A program made the position numbers and the translations under genes. Of a stretch of 64,000 nucleotides of DNA, positions 1-9,972 are shown in pieces (positions within the stretch are counted from its first letter, which is position 1; each line of letters starts with the position of its first letter). The DNA is taken from assembly GCA_963675595.2 (NCBI GenBank), contig CAXXLZ010000002.1:2400001-2464000 (forward strand), in the 5' to 3' direction. The notes below the pieces were generated by a model, which was not told the DNA's origin, did no database searches, and saw nothing but the letters and a program-made list of their open reading frames with translations. The stretch comes from Thermodesulfobacteriota bacterium. GTDB lineage: Bacteria > Desulfobacterota > Desulfarculia > JACQYL01.

Positions 1-253
1 ACCGCAGAACAATATCTATGCCTTTTCTCCGTATGAACAAGTTCGCCGGAGAATGGCGCTGCTCTGGGGGGTCACTCCCATGGAGGCACCCGTCTTCGAA
101 AGTTCGGAAGCCTGTATTCAGTGGATGAACGACCATGCGCTGAAAACCGGCCTCGCCCGATCCGGCGACGTAGTGGCCGTCACCGTCGGCTCTCCCATCC
201 CGGATAAGACCCAGACCAATCTACTGAAGCTGCACGTGATTTCAGAAAATTAA
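1..253 (+). CDS. pyk: Pyruvate kinase, C-terminal fragment (5' end outside window)
   Basis: Frame is open from nt 2: PQNNIYAFSPYEQVRRRMALLWGVTP...GDVVAVTVGSP...TNLLKLH, typical of the PK C-terminal alpha/beta domain. Confidence 0.85.
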   Translation, partial: PQNNIYAFSPYEQVRRRMALLWGVTPMEAPVFESSEACIQWMNDHALKTGLARSGDVVAVTVGSPIPDKTQTNLLKLHVISEN

Positions 254-268
254 AAGGAGTTCCCGAAC

Positions 269-2140
269 ATGTCCCTGTCCAACGAGGCTCAACAACGGCT
301 CGATACGCTGTTGCGGCGTATCCGGGCCGAAAAGAAATCATACGCTCCGGGAACCGAAACCACGGAACATCTATCCGACGTCCTGGAACTTCCGGAGATG
401 AAGTCGTTCTCTTCAAGGGATGAGGCCGGAAGCCAATTGGCGTCCATATTCAAGTCCTACGATATTCGAGGCGTGGTGATTTCCTACCTCGACTCGAAAA
501 CGGGCGGCACCATCCAAGCCAACCTCACACCGGCCTTGGCCGAACGGATCGGCAGGGCCTTGGCCGGCGTGGTTTTTCATGACCTGCCCGGTTCCGTCAA
601 AGGACTCGCTCCCGGCGACTGCTTCGTCATCGGAATGGATAACGGGAACACTTCTCCGGTTATTCTGGAAGGACTGGCCTCCGGCCTGACCCGAGGAGGA
701 GTCAACGTCTTTCTGCTGGGTGAAGGGTGTACGGGAGAGATTTACAGCACCATTCAGCGTCTCAAGGCCCAAGGTGGAATCATGATCACCCGTTCTCACG
801 TTGAGAAAGAATACAACGGCATGAAGATCGTCTTGGGAAAGGAGGCACTGCACAGCAAGTTCATCGATCAAATCCGGGATGCGGTCCTGCTGGGCGAAGC
901 CGTCCGCGTGGAACCGCCCGCATCCGGGATCGAGAACAACGACCGGCTGACGCGCAGTATTTACAAAAGCTCTCTCATCGAAGAGTTCAAACCCCTGCTT
1001 GCCGAAGGACGGGCTCCCGTTGCACTGAATTTCGGCGGTGGAACCGCCAGGCTTTACGAAGACACTTTCCGGGAGATATTGGGTGAACGGCTGACGCACA
1101 CTTTCCGATCGGACAACGATCCCGAAGCCCTGGCCGGACTTCCCGATCCAACGCAACCGAGATATCTTTCGGATCAGATCGCCTGGTCGCAGGCACACCC
1201 CCATGTGACGCTGTTCAGCTTCGATCTGGATGCGGATCGCGTTTCGGCCATGGTGGGAGGAAACCTCTTCCTCGGTGATATGATGGCCTTTCCTCTGGCC
1301 GCGCATAAGCTCCAGGTGGACGTTCCCCGTCTGTCCGCGAGGCTTGCGGAATTGGGAAAAACCTTCGACCGTTCCGAGGTGGAACGTATCGCGGGTACCG
1401 TGCTGGCGGATCCTCGTTGCACCAAACAGCTCAGCCAGCTGGTGCAACGCCTCGGGGGACAAGCGGTTCAACATCGCATCGGACATTCCCACATCAAGGC
1501 CACCATGAATCGGCTCATGGGAACCCTGGCGGAAGTCACGGGCTATTCCGATCCGGCGGCTTTGGTTGCGCAAACCGGCTATGTTATGTGGCAGGCCGAA
1601 TACTCACTGCATTTTTTCGGTACCGACGATCACGGTGTTCCCTCGGACGACGCTCTCCGTTTTACACTGAAGTTCATCTCCGTGATGGATCATTTCGAAA
1701 AGGTCTGGTCCGAACCCAATCTCACCATCGACCGTTTCATCGGACGACTCGAAGAGCAAGGCATGTTCGGGAGTTTCTTTCAAGCCCCCGAAATCCGCAC
1801 GGTATACGACAATGAGGACAAGGCCCGGGTGGTGGCCGATGTGGAAAAAGCCTTTCAGAAATTGTCCGCGGACAACGACTGGCAATTGGCGGGCATGGAT
1901 ACCTTGGGAGACGGATTTCGAGTGGACATGCCGGACGGCTTCATTCTTTTCCGATATTCCAACACCTCCCCAAAACTCACCATGCGCATCGAGGCGGGAA
2001 ACCGGGAACGATGGCGGCACTATTTCGAGCTGTTGTTCAGTCACTATAACCGTTTGAGGAAGCCCGAATACACATTGGACATGAACGAGAACTCCTTTCT
2101 TAAAGACCGTTTCGGCATTGAGAATCCCGACGGGATATAG
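269..2140 (+). CDS. Divergent phosphomannomutase/phosphoglucomutase-family protein
   Basis: IFKSYDIRG, ITRSH (phosphoserine loop), YNGMK, FDLDADR (metal loop), RYSNTSP. Confidence 0.8.
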   Translation: MSLSNEAQQRLDTLLRRIRAEKKSYAPGTETTEHLSDVLELPEMKSFSSRDEAGSQLASIFKSYDIRGVVISYLDSKTGGTIQANLTPALAERIGRALAGVVFHDLPGSVKGLAPGDCFVIGMDNGNTSPVILEGLASGLTRGGVNVFLLGEGCTGEIYSTIQRLKAQGGIMITRSHVEKEYNGMKIVLGKEALHSKFIDQIRDAVLLGEAVRVEPPASGIENNDRLTRSIYKSSLIEEFKPLLAEGRAPVALNFGGGTARLYEDTFREILGERLTHTFRSDNDPEALAGLPDPTQPRYLSDQIAWSQAHPHVTLFSFDLDADRVSAMVGGNLFLGDMMAFPLAAHKLQVDVPRLSARLAELGKTFDRSEVERIAGTVLADPRCTKQLSQLVQRLGGQAVQHRIGHSHIKATMNRLMGTLAEVTGYSDPAALVAQTGYVMWQAEYSLHFFGTDDHGVPSDDALRFTLKFISVMDHFEKVWSEPNLTIDRFIGRLEEQGMFGSFFQAPEIRTVYDNEDKARVVADVEKAFQKLSADNDWQLAGMDTLGDGFRVDMPDGFILFRYSNTSPKLTMRIEAGNRERWRHYFELLFSHYNRLRKPEYTLDMNENSFLKDRFGIENPDGI

Positions 2141-2214
2141 ACACGACGGTCCGACCGTCGCGCCGCAAGGTCCGGCCCGACGGTCATGACGCCTTATTTC
2201 CGTCTCACCGGCTT

Positions 2215-3789
2215 ATGAACACACCCCTCCCCATACAGGAAGCCTTGAAAGACCCGCGATGTTATCCTCACCGACCGGATCGTGTGGATTTTGTGGAAAC
2301 GCACATCTCTTGGGTCTTCCTGGCAGGCGATCTCGTATATAAAGTCAAAAAACCTTTGGATTTCGGCTTCCTGGATTTTACCACTCTCGAAAAGCGCAGG
2401 CACTTCTGCGAGGAAGAGGTTCGGCTCAACCGTCGACTGGCCCCGGAGTACTATTTGGGCACGGTTCCGATCGTTCGAAAAGGCGAGGATTTCGTCGTGG
2501 AAGGAAGCGGGCCGGCCGAGGAGTTCGCGGTGAAAATGTTGCGAATGCCTCAAGAAAGAATGATGGACCGAATCCTGGACCGAGGGGAAGCAATCGACGA
2601 ATCGGCGATCATTCGCATTGCCTCCCTGTTGGCTGAATTCTACGAGAATGCGGAAACGGGAGGAAGAGTAGATCGATACGGCGAAATCGACGTGATCCGG
2701 TACAATACGGATGAAGATTTCAAACAGATGAAAGACTATATCGGAGTGGCCCTGTCTCAGAAGAGATTCGATACCATCCGGGAATACACAAATTCATTCT
2801 ACGAGAATCGGGAACTCTTTCAGTCTCGAATCCTCAACGGGCGAATCCGAGAATGCCACGGCGACCTCCATTCCGGAAACATCTGTCTTGCCGACGAAGT
2901 GGTGATTTTCGACTGCATCGAGTTCAATCCCAGGTTTCGATGCTCGGACACGGCGGCGGACGTGGCTTTCCTGGCCATGGATCTGGATTTCAGAAATCGT
3001 GCTGATCTTTCCAATCTTTTCGTAAGAACCTTCAGCGAACGCTCCGGCGACTCCCAATGCCTCGAATTGATGAATTTCTACAAATGCTACCGTGCCTGCG
3101 TCCGAGGCAAGGTGCTCTCTTTCGAGTTCGACCAACCCGAGGCCTCCGTCGATTGGAGGCGTCAAGGTCTAGAGACGGGTAAACGCTATTTCGCTCTGGC
3201 GGAACGCTACACCGGCTGTGGGCGCCGTCCCAAGCTGCTCGTGGTGTTCGGACTCATGGGAACCGGCAAAACGACCCTTGCGGAGGCCATGGCCAAGGTT
3301 TGTGACGCTCCGGTCATCCAGTCGGACCTGGTACGGAAGTATCTGTCCGGCGTCGCCCCTACGGAACGACGTTTGGAATCCTTTGGCAAAGGAATATACT
3401 CTTCCGAAACAACGGGGGAAACCTATCGCAGGATGCTCATGGACGCCGAAAAGTTTCTGGCCCAGGGCCAGGACGTCATCCTGGACGCCTCATTCTCCAA
3501 ACGAGAACATCGGGGTTGGGTCCTGGAGACGGCACGTCGCCTTGATGCCGAACCTTGCTTCATCCAGTGCGTGTGCGGCGAAGGGACCGTGAGGGAAAGG
3601 CTGGCCCGCAGAGCGGAAGCTCCTCTCACCGTGTCCGACGGACGCTGGGAGCTATTTCATTCTCAAAAAGCACGGTTCGAGCCTCCGGATGAAATCGATC
3701 CGAAGCGCCTTTTCCGTGTGGACAGCGAAGAACCCGTAGACCGACTGCTGAACACTCTCCGCACAATTTTCGAAAACGAGGGTCAATGA
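2215..3789 (+). CDS. Aminoglycoside-phosphotransferase-like kinase fused to AAA_33 P-loop kinase (Rv2004c-like)
   Basis: ETHISWVFL, ECHGDLH, FDCIEFN; C-terminal GLMGTGKTT P-loop, SDLVRK, LDASF. Confidence 0.88.
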   Translation: MNTPLPIQEALKDPRCYPHRPDRVDFVETHISWVFLAGDLVYKVKKPLDFGFLDFTTLEKRRHFCEEEVRLNRRLAPEYYLGTVPIVRKGEDFVVEGSGPAEEFAVKMLRMPQERMMDRILDRGEAIDESAIIRIASLLAEFYENAETGGRVDRYGEIDVIRYNTDEDFKQMKDYIGVALSQKRFDTIREYTNSFYENRELFQSRILNGRIRECHGDLHSGNICLADEVVIFDCIEFNPRFRCSDTAADVAFLAMDLDFRNRADLSNLFVRTFSERSGDSQCLELMNFYKCYRACVRGKVLSFEFDQPEASVDWRRQGLETGKRYFALAERYTGCGRRPKLLVVFGLMGTGKTTLAEAMAKVCDAPVIQSDLVRKYLSGVAPTERRLESFGKGIYSSETTGETYRRMLMDAEKFLAQGQDVILDASFSKREHRGWVLETARRLDAEPCFIQCVCGEGTVRERLARRAEAPLTVSDGRWELFHSQKARFEPPDEIDPKRLFRVDSEEPVDRLLNTLRTIFENEGQ

Positions 3790-3820
3790 AATTCTTAACG
3801 GACTGGGGAGATTCAAGCAC

Positions 3821-5548
3821 ATGAAGATGCATACCAGGATTTCGGAGATGCAGGAGGCTTTGGCCGTAGCTCGGGGAGACAAGCCGGCGGACCTAGTGGT
3901 CCGGGGAGGCGCGACCGCCGATGTCTTCTCCGGACGTTTCGAAAAGAACGACATCGCGATCCATGGAAACAAAATCGTGGGAAGCGGCGCCTATACCGGG
4001 AATACGATCGTGGATGCCTCGGGCAAGTACGTTCTCCCCGGGTTCATTGAAGGCCATATCCATCTTGAGAGCACGCTTCTTGCTCCTCCGGAGACCGCCC
4101 GTTGCATGGTCCCTCGGGGCACCACGTGCGTGGTGGCGGACCCCCACGAGATCACCAATGTCTTAGGCTCGGAAGGCGTTGAATACATGTTGGAGTCGAC
4201 CCGAGACCTGCCCATGGACTTCTTCTTCATGCTCCCTTCCTGCGTGCCCGCCACCCATCTGGAAACCGCCGGGGACGTGTTCGGAGTGGAAGACCTGTTG
4301 CGTCTCAAAGACCGCCCGAGAATTCTGGGGCTTGCCGAAATGATGAATTTTCCGGGCACGGTGTACGGCATGGAAGCCGTCGTTGAGAAGCTCCTCGCCT
4401 TCGGCGACGGTGTGAGAGACGGGCACGCCCCTCTCCTTCGCGGAGCCGGTCTCAATGCGTATCTATATGCCGGTCCCGGCTCCGATCATGAGTGTACCGA
4501 GATTGAAGAGGCTGCGGAGAAGTTGTCCAAAGGCATGATGGTGATGATCCGGCAGGGAACCCAGGCTGCGGACCTCGAGACCCTGCTGCCTCTGGTGACG
4601 CCTTTGAACTGTCGCCGAACCATGCTGGTCACCGACGACCGGGACCCGCAGGAACTTCTCGAGTTGGGTCATTTGGACCACAATCTGCGTCTGGCCGTGG
4701 CCCAAGGTCTGGACCCCATCATCGCAATCCGCATGGTGACTCTCAACCCGGCGGAATACTTTCGTCTGTATGGGAGAGGCGCCCTGGCACCAGGATATAC
4801 GGCCGACGTGGTCATCGTGGACGATCTCAAGACCTTTCGAGTGGACACCGTGATTCAAAGAGGGCGTGTGACCGTGTCCAATGGGATGCCGATTCATGAC
4901 TTTCCCCAACCTCTCGCCGGGAAGGCGCTACGGACAATGCACTTGGGAGAACTGCCGTCGGATGCTTTCCGGATTCCCGCGACGGGAAGTTCCGCACGTG
5001 TGATCCGGGTAATGGAGGGAAGCATCCTGACCCGAGCGGAAAGCCGATCCGTTAAGATTCAGGACGGCCTGGCGGTATCCGACCCGGAACAGGACGTGAT
5101 CAAACTGGTCGTGCTGGAGCGGCACCATGCTTCCGGACGCATAGGCAAGGGGCTGGTTTCAGGTCTTGGGTTGAAGGCGGGAGCCATCGCCTCCACCGTG
5201 GCTCATGACTCTCACAACATCGTGGCGGCGGGCGTGGAGGACGAAGCCGTCATGCGGGCGGTTCGAGAGGTGGAACGCATGGGGGGCGGGCTGGCCGCGG
5301 CTTCGGCCGATCGGGTCCTGGCGACGCTCCCCCTGCCCGTGGCCGGCCTGATGTCGGTGGAACCGGTCCGCGAAGTGATCGGACGAAAAACCCGCCTACG
5401 CGAGATTTGCGCCGACCTGGGCTCCGGTCTGAAAGACCCCTTTATGGCCCTGTCCTTTCTGGCTCTCCCGGTAATTCCCGAACTCAAACTCACCGACAGG
5501 GGTCTGGTGGACGTGGGGAAATTCGACTTCGTCCCCCTGTTCTTATAG
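3821..5548 (+). CDS. ade: Adenine deaminase
   Basis: PGFIEGHIHLES, DPHEI, LAEMMN, DGHAP, DHEC, VTDD, AHDSHN, LALPVIP. Confidence 0.95.
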   Translation: MKMHTRISEMQEALAVARGDKPADLVVRGGATADVFSGRFEKNDIAIHGNKIVGSGAYTGNTIVDASGKYVLPGFIEGHIHLESTLLAPPETARCMVPRGTTCVVADPHEITNVLGSEGVEYMLESTRDLPMDFFFMLPSCVPATHLETAGDVFGVEDLLRLKDRPRILGLAEMMNFPGTVYGMEAVVEKLLAFGDGVRDGHAPLLRGAGLNAYLYAGPGSDHECTEIEEAAEKLSKGMMVMIRQGTQAADLETLLPLVTPLNCRRTMLVTDDRDPQELLELGHLDHNLRLAVAQGLDPIIAIRMVTLNPAEYFRLYGRGALAPGYTADVVIVDDLKTFRVDTVIQRGRVTVSNGMPIHDFPQPLAGKALRTMHLGELPSDAFRIPATGSSARVIRVMEGSILTRAESRSVKIQDGLAVSDPEQDVIKLVVLERHHASGRIGKGLVSGLGLKAGAIASTVAHDSHNIVAAGVEDEAVMRAVREVERMGGGLAAASADRVLATLPLPVAGLMSVEPVREVIGRKTRLREICADLGSGLKDPFMALSFLALPVIPELKLTDRGLVDVGKFDFVPLFL

Positions 5549-5566
5549 AGGGAAGCCGTCACTCCA

Positions 5567-5606
5567 AAACAAAACGAGCGGGACATCGGACGGATGTCTC
5601 GCTCGT
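5567..5606 (-). terminator. Probable intrinsic terminator between convergent ade and foldase genes
   Basis: 14-bp stem ACGAGCGGGACATC/GATGTCTCGCTCGT (one imperfect pair), followed on the minus strand by TTTGTTTT. Confidence 0.55.
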
Positions 5607-5639
5607 CGTTCTCATGCTCCGGCGGCGACCGCCGACGGA

Positions 5640-6617
5640 TCAGATGAAAATTTGCACGTCGGCCTTGTCCATCAAATTCTTCATGAAGTTCTTTTGAGCG
5701 TCTTCCAGCATGACCTGCTTAATGGCGATTTCAATGCCCTTCTTGGCCTTTTCATAGGGAATCACATTTTCAGGAACCACCTGATCCGCTTTGATAATGT
5801 GATATCCGTACCGGGTCTTCACGACACCGCTCACCTCGCCCTCCTTTAAGGAAAACGCTGCCTCTTCAAATTCCGGCGGCATGCTTCCCGGAGTCAAAGA
5901 GCCGATCAGACCTCCTTTAAGTCGGCTGGGATCAGTGGAATACTCTTCCGCCACTTTGGCAAAGTCCGCGCCCGCCTTGATCTTCGCGAGAGCTTCCTCA
6001 GCCTTCTCCTTGGCCGCTTGGTGAACGGCTTCCGAAGAGTTTTGAGGTACTTCAATCACGATATGCCGGACCACGACGGTCTTGGGTTTAAAGAATCGTT
6101 CCACGTTCTCTTTGTAGAAATCGTGCAGTTCTTTTTCCGTTAGCACAAATTCCTTTTCCGCAAGCCGACCGACCAGCTTCTGAGCGGCGATGAAATCCCA
6201 TACCTGCGTCCTGAACATGTCCATGGGAATCATGGCTTCCTTCAGGTTTTCTTCGAATTTCTTCTTTCCTCCCTGTGAAACCATGAGACGACCGACCTCT
6301 CGGTCCACCTCCTCGGGTGTAATCTCGATCATGTATTTCCTGGTTTCCTGCTGAAGCAGGAGGTGCTGGATTTCCTGCATCAAAGCGACCCTGGTTACCT
6401 CCTCAAAAGCCTTTTTTCCCGAGTCGGTCCCTTTATCCTCGTGCCATTTCCTGAGCAGGATATTGATAGGCTTCTCAAGTTGCGAGGCGAGCACGGGTTC
6501 GCCGTTGACCGTTGCCACGACTTCCGGCAACGATTTGATGTCGGCGGCTTGAACCGAACCGGCCGCCCATAGGAAGATGCCCAGAAGGGCCATCACGGAT
6601 AGGAACTTGTTAAGCAT
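5640..6617 (-). CDS. PpiC/parvulin-type peptidyl-prolyl isomerase (SurA/PrsA-like foldase), exported
   Basis: Signal peptide; VATVNGE; VRHIVI, DFAKVAEEYSTD, GGLIG, FEEAAFSL, KTRYGYHIIK. Confidence 0.9.
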   Translation of the reverse strand: MLNKFLSVMALLGIFLWAAGSVQAADIKSLPEVVATVNGEPVLASQLEKPINILLRKWHEDKGTDSGKKAFEEVTRVALMQEIQHLLLQQETRKYMIEITPEEVDREVGRLMVSQGGKKKFEENLKEAMIPMDMFRTQVWDFIAAQKLVGRLAEKEFVLTEKELHDFYKENVERFFKPKTVVVRHIVIEVPQNSSEAVHQAAKEKAEEALAKIKAGADFAKVAEEYSTDPSRLKGGLIGSLTPGSMPPEFEEAAFSLKEGEVSGVVKTRYGYHIIKADQVVPENVIPYEKAKKGIEIAIKQVMLEDAQKNFMKNLMDKADVQIFI

Positions 6618-6785
6618 TGGTGGTACCCCTTGATGGTGGTCGTATTCGCGGGAGCACGGCGCATGGAGCCCCCGCCGGTTTGACGAATATCCGTGAAACG
6701 GGTTCCCGGAAATTCGGCGTATCTTAGGAAAAGGCCCGGAGTGCTGTCAAGGCATGGTCGTTGTGACGCTTTTCACGTTTTTCCA

Positions 6786-6815
6786 TTGACGCCTTCAGAA
6801 GTCGTTTGATACATT
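6786..6815 (+). promoter_or_regulatory. Candidate sigma-70 promoter of folD
   Basis: TTGACG-18nt-TACATT with an extended -10 TG. Confidence 0.45.
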
Positions 6816-6898
6816 GGCATCTTCGTTGACTCCACTAAAACCAGCGCATCAAGAGATTGCGCAACCGAGACTATACTCCACGATGAAAGGAGAAAGGG

Positions 6899-7780
6899 AT
6901 GGCCGCTAAGGTGATTAAGGGCGCCGAGGTCGCCAAGCAGATCCGAGAGGAACTCAAGGCGGAAGTCGCCGAGATGAAAGAAAAACATGGTATCGTTCCC
7001 GGACTGGTAACGATACTCGTGGGTGAAAATCCGGCGTCTCAAAGTTACGTGCGGGCCAAGTCCGCTACCGCCAAGGAACTCGGTTTCCATTCCGTCCAGG
7101 AAAACCGACCCGCCGACATTTCGGAAGAGGACCTGCTGGCACTCATCGACCAGTTCAACAAGGACCCGGAGACTCACGGGATCCTCGTGCAACTGCCTCT
7201 CCCCAAGCACATCAATGAAACCCGCGTCCTCTACGCCATTGATCCCGACAAAGACGTGGACGGATTCCATCCCGTAAACGTCGGCAAACTGATGATCGGT
7301 ACCTCCGAATTCCTTCCCTGCACGCCCGCCGGCATCCAGGAACTGCTGGTGCGTTGCGGCGCCCCGCTTGAGGGTGCGGAAGTGGTCGTGGTGGGCCGCT
7401 CCAACATCGTGGGCAAGCCCATCGCCGTTATGCTGATGCAGAAGGGTGCCAACGCCAACTCTACCGTGACCGTGGTTCACACCCGAACCAAAGACGTGGC
7501 GTTCCACACCAAACGTGCGGACATCCTGATCGCCGCGGTCGGCGTCACCGAATACGTCAAAGGCGACATGATCAAGGAAGGCGCCTATGTGATCGACGTG
7601 GGCGTCAACGAAGTGGGTCGCACGGCGGAAGGGAAACGCATCCTCAAGGGTGACGTGGAATACGAAGCCTGCGCCGAAAAAGCGGCGGCGATTACACCGG
7701 TGCCCGGCGGCGTCGGCCCCATGACCATCACCATGCTCATGAAGAACACGGTGAAGGCCGCCAAAATGCGCATTAAATAG
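6899..7780 (+). CDS. folD: Methylene-THF dehydrogenase/cyclohydrolase
   Basis: GILVQLPLP, KDVDGFHPVN, PCTPAG, VGRSNIVGKP, TPVPGGVGPMT. Confidence 0.97.
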   Translation: MAAKVIKGAEVAKQIREELKAEVAEMKEKHGIVPGLVTILVGENPASQSYVRAKSATAKELGFHSVQENRPADISEEDLLALIDQFNKDPETHGILVQLPLPKHINETRVLYAIDPDKDVDGFHPVNVGKLMIGTSEFLPCTPAGIQELLVRCGAPLEGAEVVVVGRSNIVGKPIAVMLMQKGANANSTVTVVHTRTKDVAFHTKRADILIAAVGVTEYVKGDMIKEGAYVIDVGVNEVGRTAEGKRILKGDVEYEACAEKAAAITPVPGGVGPMTITMLMKNTVKAAKMRIK

Positions 7781-7835
7781 GCGCAGCAGAAATTCGCGAG
7801 TCCGGAAGGAAACGCCTTACGGACCCCCACGAAAA

Positions 7836-7864
7836 CCGCCTGGATCTGGTGTAGACCGGGACGG
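7836..7864 (+). ncRNA. pan RNA motif-like cis-regulatory hairpin
   Basis: CCG-CCUGG-(A)-UCU-GGUGU-AGA-CCGGG-(A)-CGG: a stem with two bulged A residues directly upstream of panB, as described for the pan motif. Confidence 0.7.
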
Positions 7865-7897
7865 GAAAGTGATGGGACATGATATCATTTTTTTCTT

Positions 7898-7932
7898 AAG
7901 CCCTCTTGACGAGCTCAGGGGGGCTTTTTTTT
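7898..7932 (+). terminator. Intrinsic terminator/attenuator just upstream of panB
   Basis: AAGCCCTCTTGA-cgagc-TCAGGGGGGCTT with a run of 8 T. Confidence 0.85.
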
Positions 7933-7945
7933 CCGGAGCGAGGCA

Positions 7946-8785
7946 ATGAGCGAAAAAAGAAGCAAGGTGACCATACCGTACCTGCTGGAACGGAAGCGCA
8001 GCGGAAGCAAAATCAGTATGTTGACGGCCTACGACTTTTCCATGGCGTCCATCATGGACGAGGCCGGCGTCGACATGGTCCTGGTGGGAGACAGCCTGGG
8101 AATGGTCGTCCTGGGATATGAATCCACCGTACCGGTGACCATGGACGAAATGCTTCATCACTGCAAAGCGGTGCGCAGAGGCATCAAGCATGCTTTCCTG
8201 GTGGGAGACATGCCCTTCATGTCCTACCAAATTTCAAAGGAGGAGGCCTTGCACAACGCGGGCCGTTTCATCAAGGAAGCCGGCTGCGACGCCGTGAAGA
8301 TCGAAGGCGGAGTGGAAATCGCGGACACGGCGGCCTTCCTGGTGAAAATGGGGGTACCCGTAGTGGGTCATATTGGTCTCACTCCCCAGACCGCCACTTC
8401 CCTGGGTGGTTTCAAAGTACAGGGCAAGGACATCGAATCGGCCAGAAAGCTTCTCGAATCGGCCAGAGCCTTGGACGGAGCCGGAATCTGTTCACTGGTC
8501 ATCGAATGCGTCCCCGACAAGGTGGCTGAAAAGATCACCGAGTCCATCAGTGCGCCGACCATCGGAATCGGCGCGGGTTCGGGATGTGACGGGCAAGTGC
8601 TGGTCTCCAACGACCTGTTGGGTCTTTTCCGGAAATTCACGCCCAAGTTCGTCAAGAAATACGCCGACCTGTTTCCACTCATCGACGAAGCCGTCAAGAA
8701 CTACATCAAGGAAGTGTCCGAAGGTACGTTTCCCGGAGAAGAGCATACCTTCGTCATGAAGGAAGACCTGAGCGACTTATCCTGA
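7946..8785 (+). CDS. panB: 3-methyl-2-oxobutanoate hydroxymethyltransferase
   Basis: MLTAYD, LVGDSLGM, DMPFMSY, AVKIEGG, GHIGLTPQ, IGIGAG. Confidence 0.97.
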   Translation: MSEKRSKVTIPYLLERKRSGSKISMLTAYDFSMASIMDEAGVDMVLVGDSLGMVVLGYESTVPVTMDEMLHHCKAVRRGIKHAFLVGDMPFMSYQISKEEALHNAGRFIKEAGCDAVKIEGGVEIADTAAFLVKMGVPVVGHIGLTPQTATSLGGFKVQGKDIESARKLLESARALDGAGICSLVIECVPDKVAEKITESISAPTIGIGAGSGCDGQVLVSNDLLGLFRKFTPKFVKKYADLFPLIDEAVKNYIKEVSEGTFPGEEHTFVMKEDLSDLS

Positions 8786-8879
8786 CGTTTGGACACCTAC
8801 GGAGGAAGACCCGCTTAGGGCGCGTTTTCCTCCATTCTTTCGGGACGGATTGATTAAGACTTTACAGGGAGGCGTTTCC

Positions 8880-9815
8880 TTGAAATTCTGCGTCGTGGGT
8901 CCGGGAGCCATGGGCTGCCTGTTTGCGGCCTACTTTCAGCAAGCCGGATTTGATGTGGCACTCCTGGACCATCGCCCCGACCGGGCGGCTCTCATAGCGT
9001 CCAGCGGTATCGTGGTGGAAGGCGTACGGGGTCGGCATGAAGTTCCCGTGCGCGTCATCTCCGACCCGACGGAAGCGGATCGACCCGATGCGGTTTTGGT
9101 CTGCGTCAAGTCATACGACACGTTTGAGGCCGGGAAGACTCTTCGGCAAATCATCGACGACGACACCCCCGTGATCACCGTGCAAAACGGCCTCGGGAAC
9201 GTGGACGCCCTATTACAGTCGCTTGGGGGCAAAGGACGGATTGTCGCCGGGATCACTTCCCAGGGAGCGACCGTGCTGGGGCCCGGGCATGTGCGTCACG
9301 CCGGAGAAGGGGATACGTTCCTCGGCGCGGCGTCTGCGGATTCGGGCGATTCGCTGGATAAGCTTCTAAGCTGTTTCGACAAAGCGGGTTTTCCCGCAAG
9401 CGCGGTGGAAAACATCCAAGATTTGATCTGGAGCAAGCTCATCGTCAACGTGGGTATCAACGCGCTCACGGCCCTCACACGCCTGAAAAACGGGGAAATT
9501 GCACACCACGACGGGACTCTGGCTCTAATGGATCACGCGGTCCGAGAAGCGGTAGCCCTCACCGAGGCTCTGGGCATCCGTCTGGTTTATTCCGATCCCT
9601 TGGGGCAGGTGAAAAAAGTGGCCGAACTCACCTCTGGAAACGTCTCGTCCATGCTTCAGGACGTACTGAGGAACAAACGAACTGAAATCGACTTCATCAA
9701 CGGAGCCATCGTCCGGCAAGGCGAGGCTTTAGGCATTCCCACACCGGTCAACGAGTTTCTGACCCATTTGGTGCGCACCATGCAAGAAACCTACGACCTG
9801 CAGGTAACCATTTGA
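8880..9815 (+). CDS. panE: 2-dehydropantoate 2-reductase
   Basis: GPGAMG Rossmann motif, CVKSYD, QNGLGN, WSKLIVN, SSMLQD, TEIDFING; TTG start at 8880 after GGAGG. Confidence 0.92.
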   Translation: MKFCVVGPGAMGCLFAAYFQQAGFDVALLDHRPDRAALIASSGIVVEGVRGRHEVPVRVISDPTEADRPDAVLVCVKSYDTFEAGKTLRQIIDDDTPVITVQNGLGNVDALLQSLGGKGRIVAGITSQGATVLGPGHVRHAGEGDTFLGAASADSGDSLDKLLSCFDKAGFPASAVENIQDLIWSKLIVNVGINALTALTRLKNGEIAHHDGTLALMDHAVREAVALTEALGIRLVYSDPLGQVKKVAELTSGNVSSMLQDVLRNKRTEIDFINGAIVRQGEALGIPTPVNEFLTHLVRTMQETYDLQVTI

Positions 9816-9972
9816 AATTGTGGGAAAGCTTCGAATCGACAAACCTTGAGGCTTAAGTTGGGAACCGTAGGGTCACATCCGGGTGTGCTGCGGTACGGCC
9901 GGGTTCATTAGTGTTTCATCGTTATCCGCATTGAAGCCCGATGCCACCCGAAACCGGGAGAGGAGCAGGTTG

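Noticed and set aside
413-1573. Long antisense and alternative-frame ORFs (also 17301-18416, 33599-34675, 48267-49505 and others)
   Set aside because: Shadow ORFs of well-supported genes, expected in GC-rich DNA
6816-6898. ZTP or THF riboswitch ahead of folD
   Set aside because: The leader is short and lacks the consensus elements
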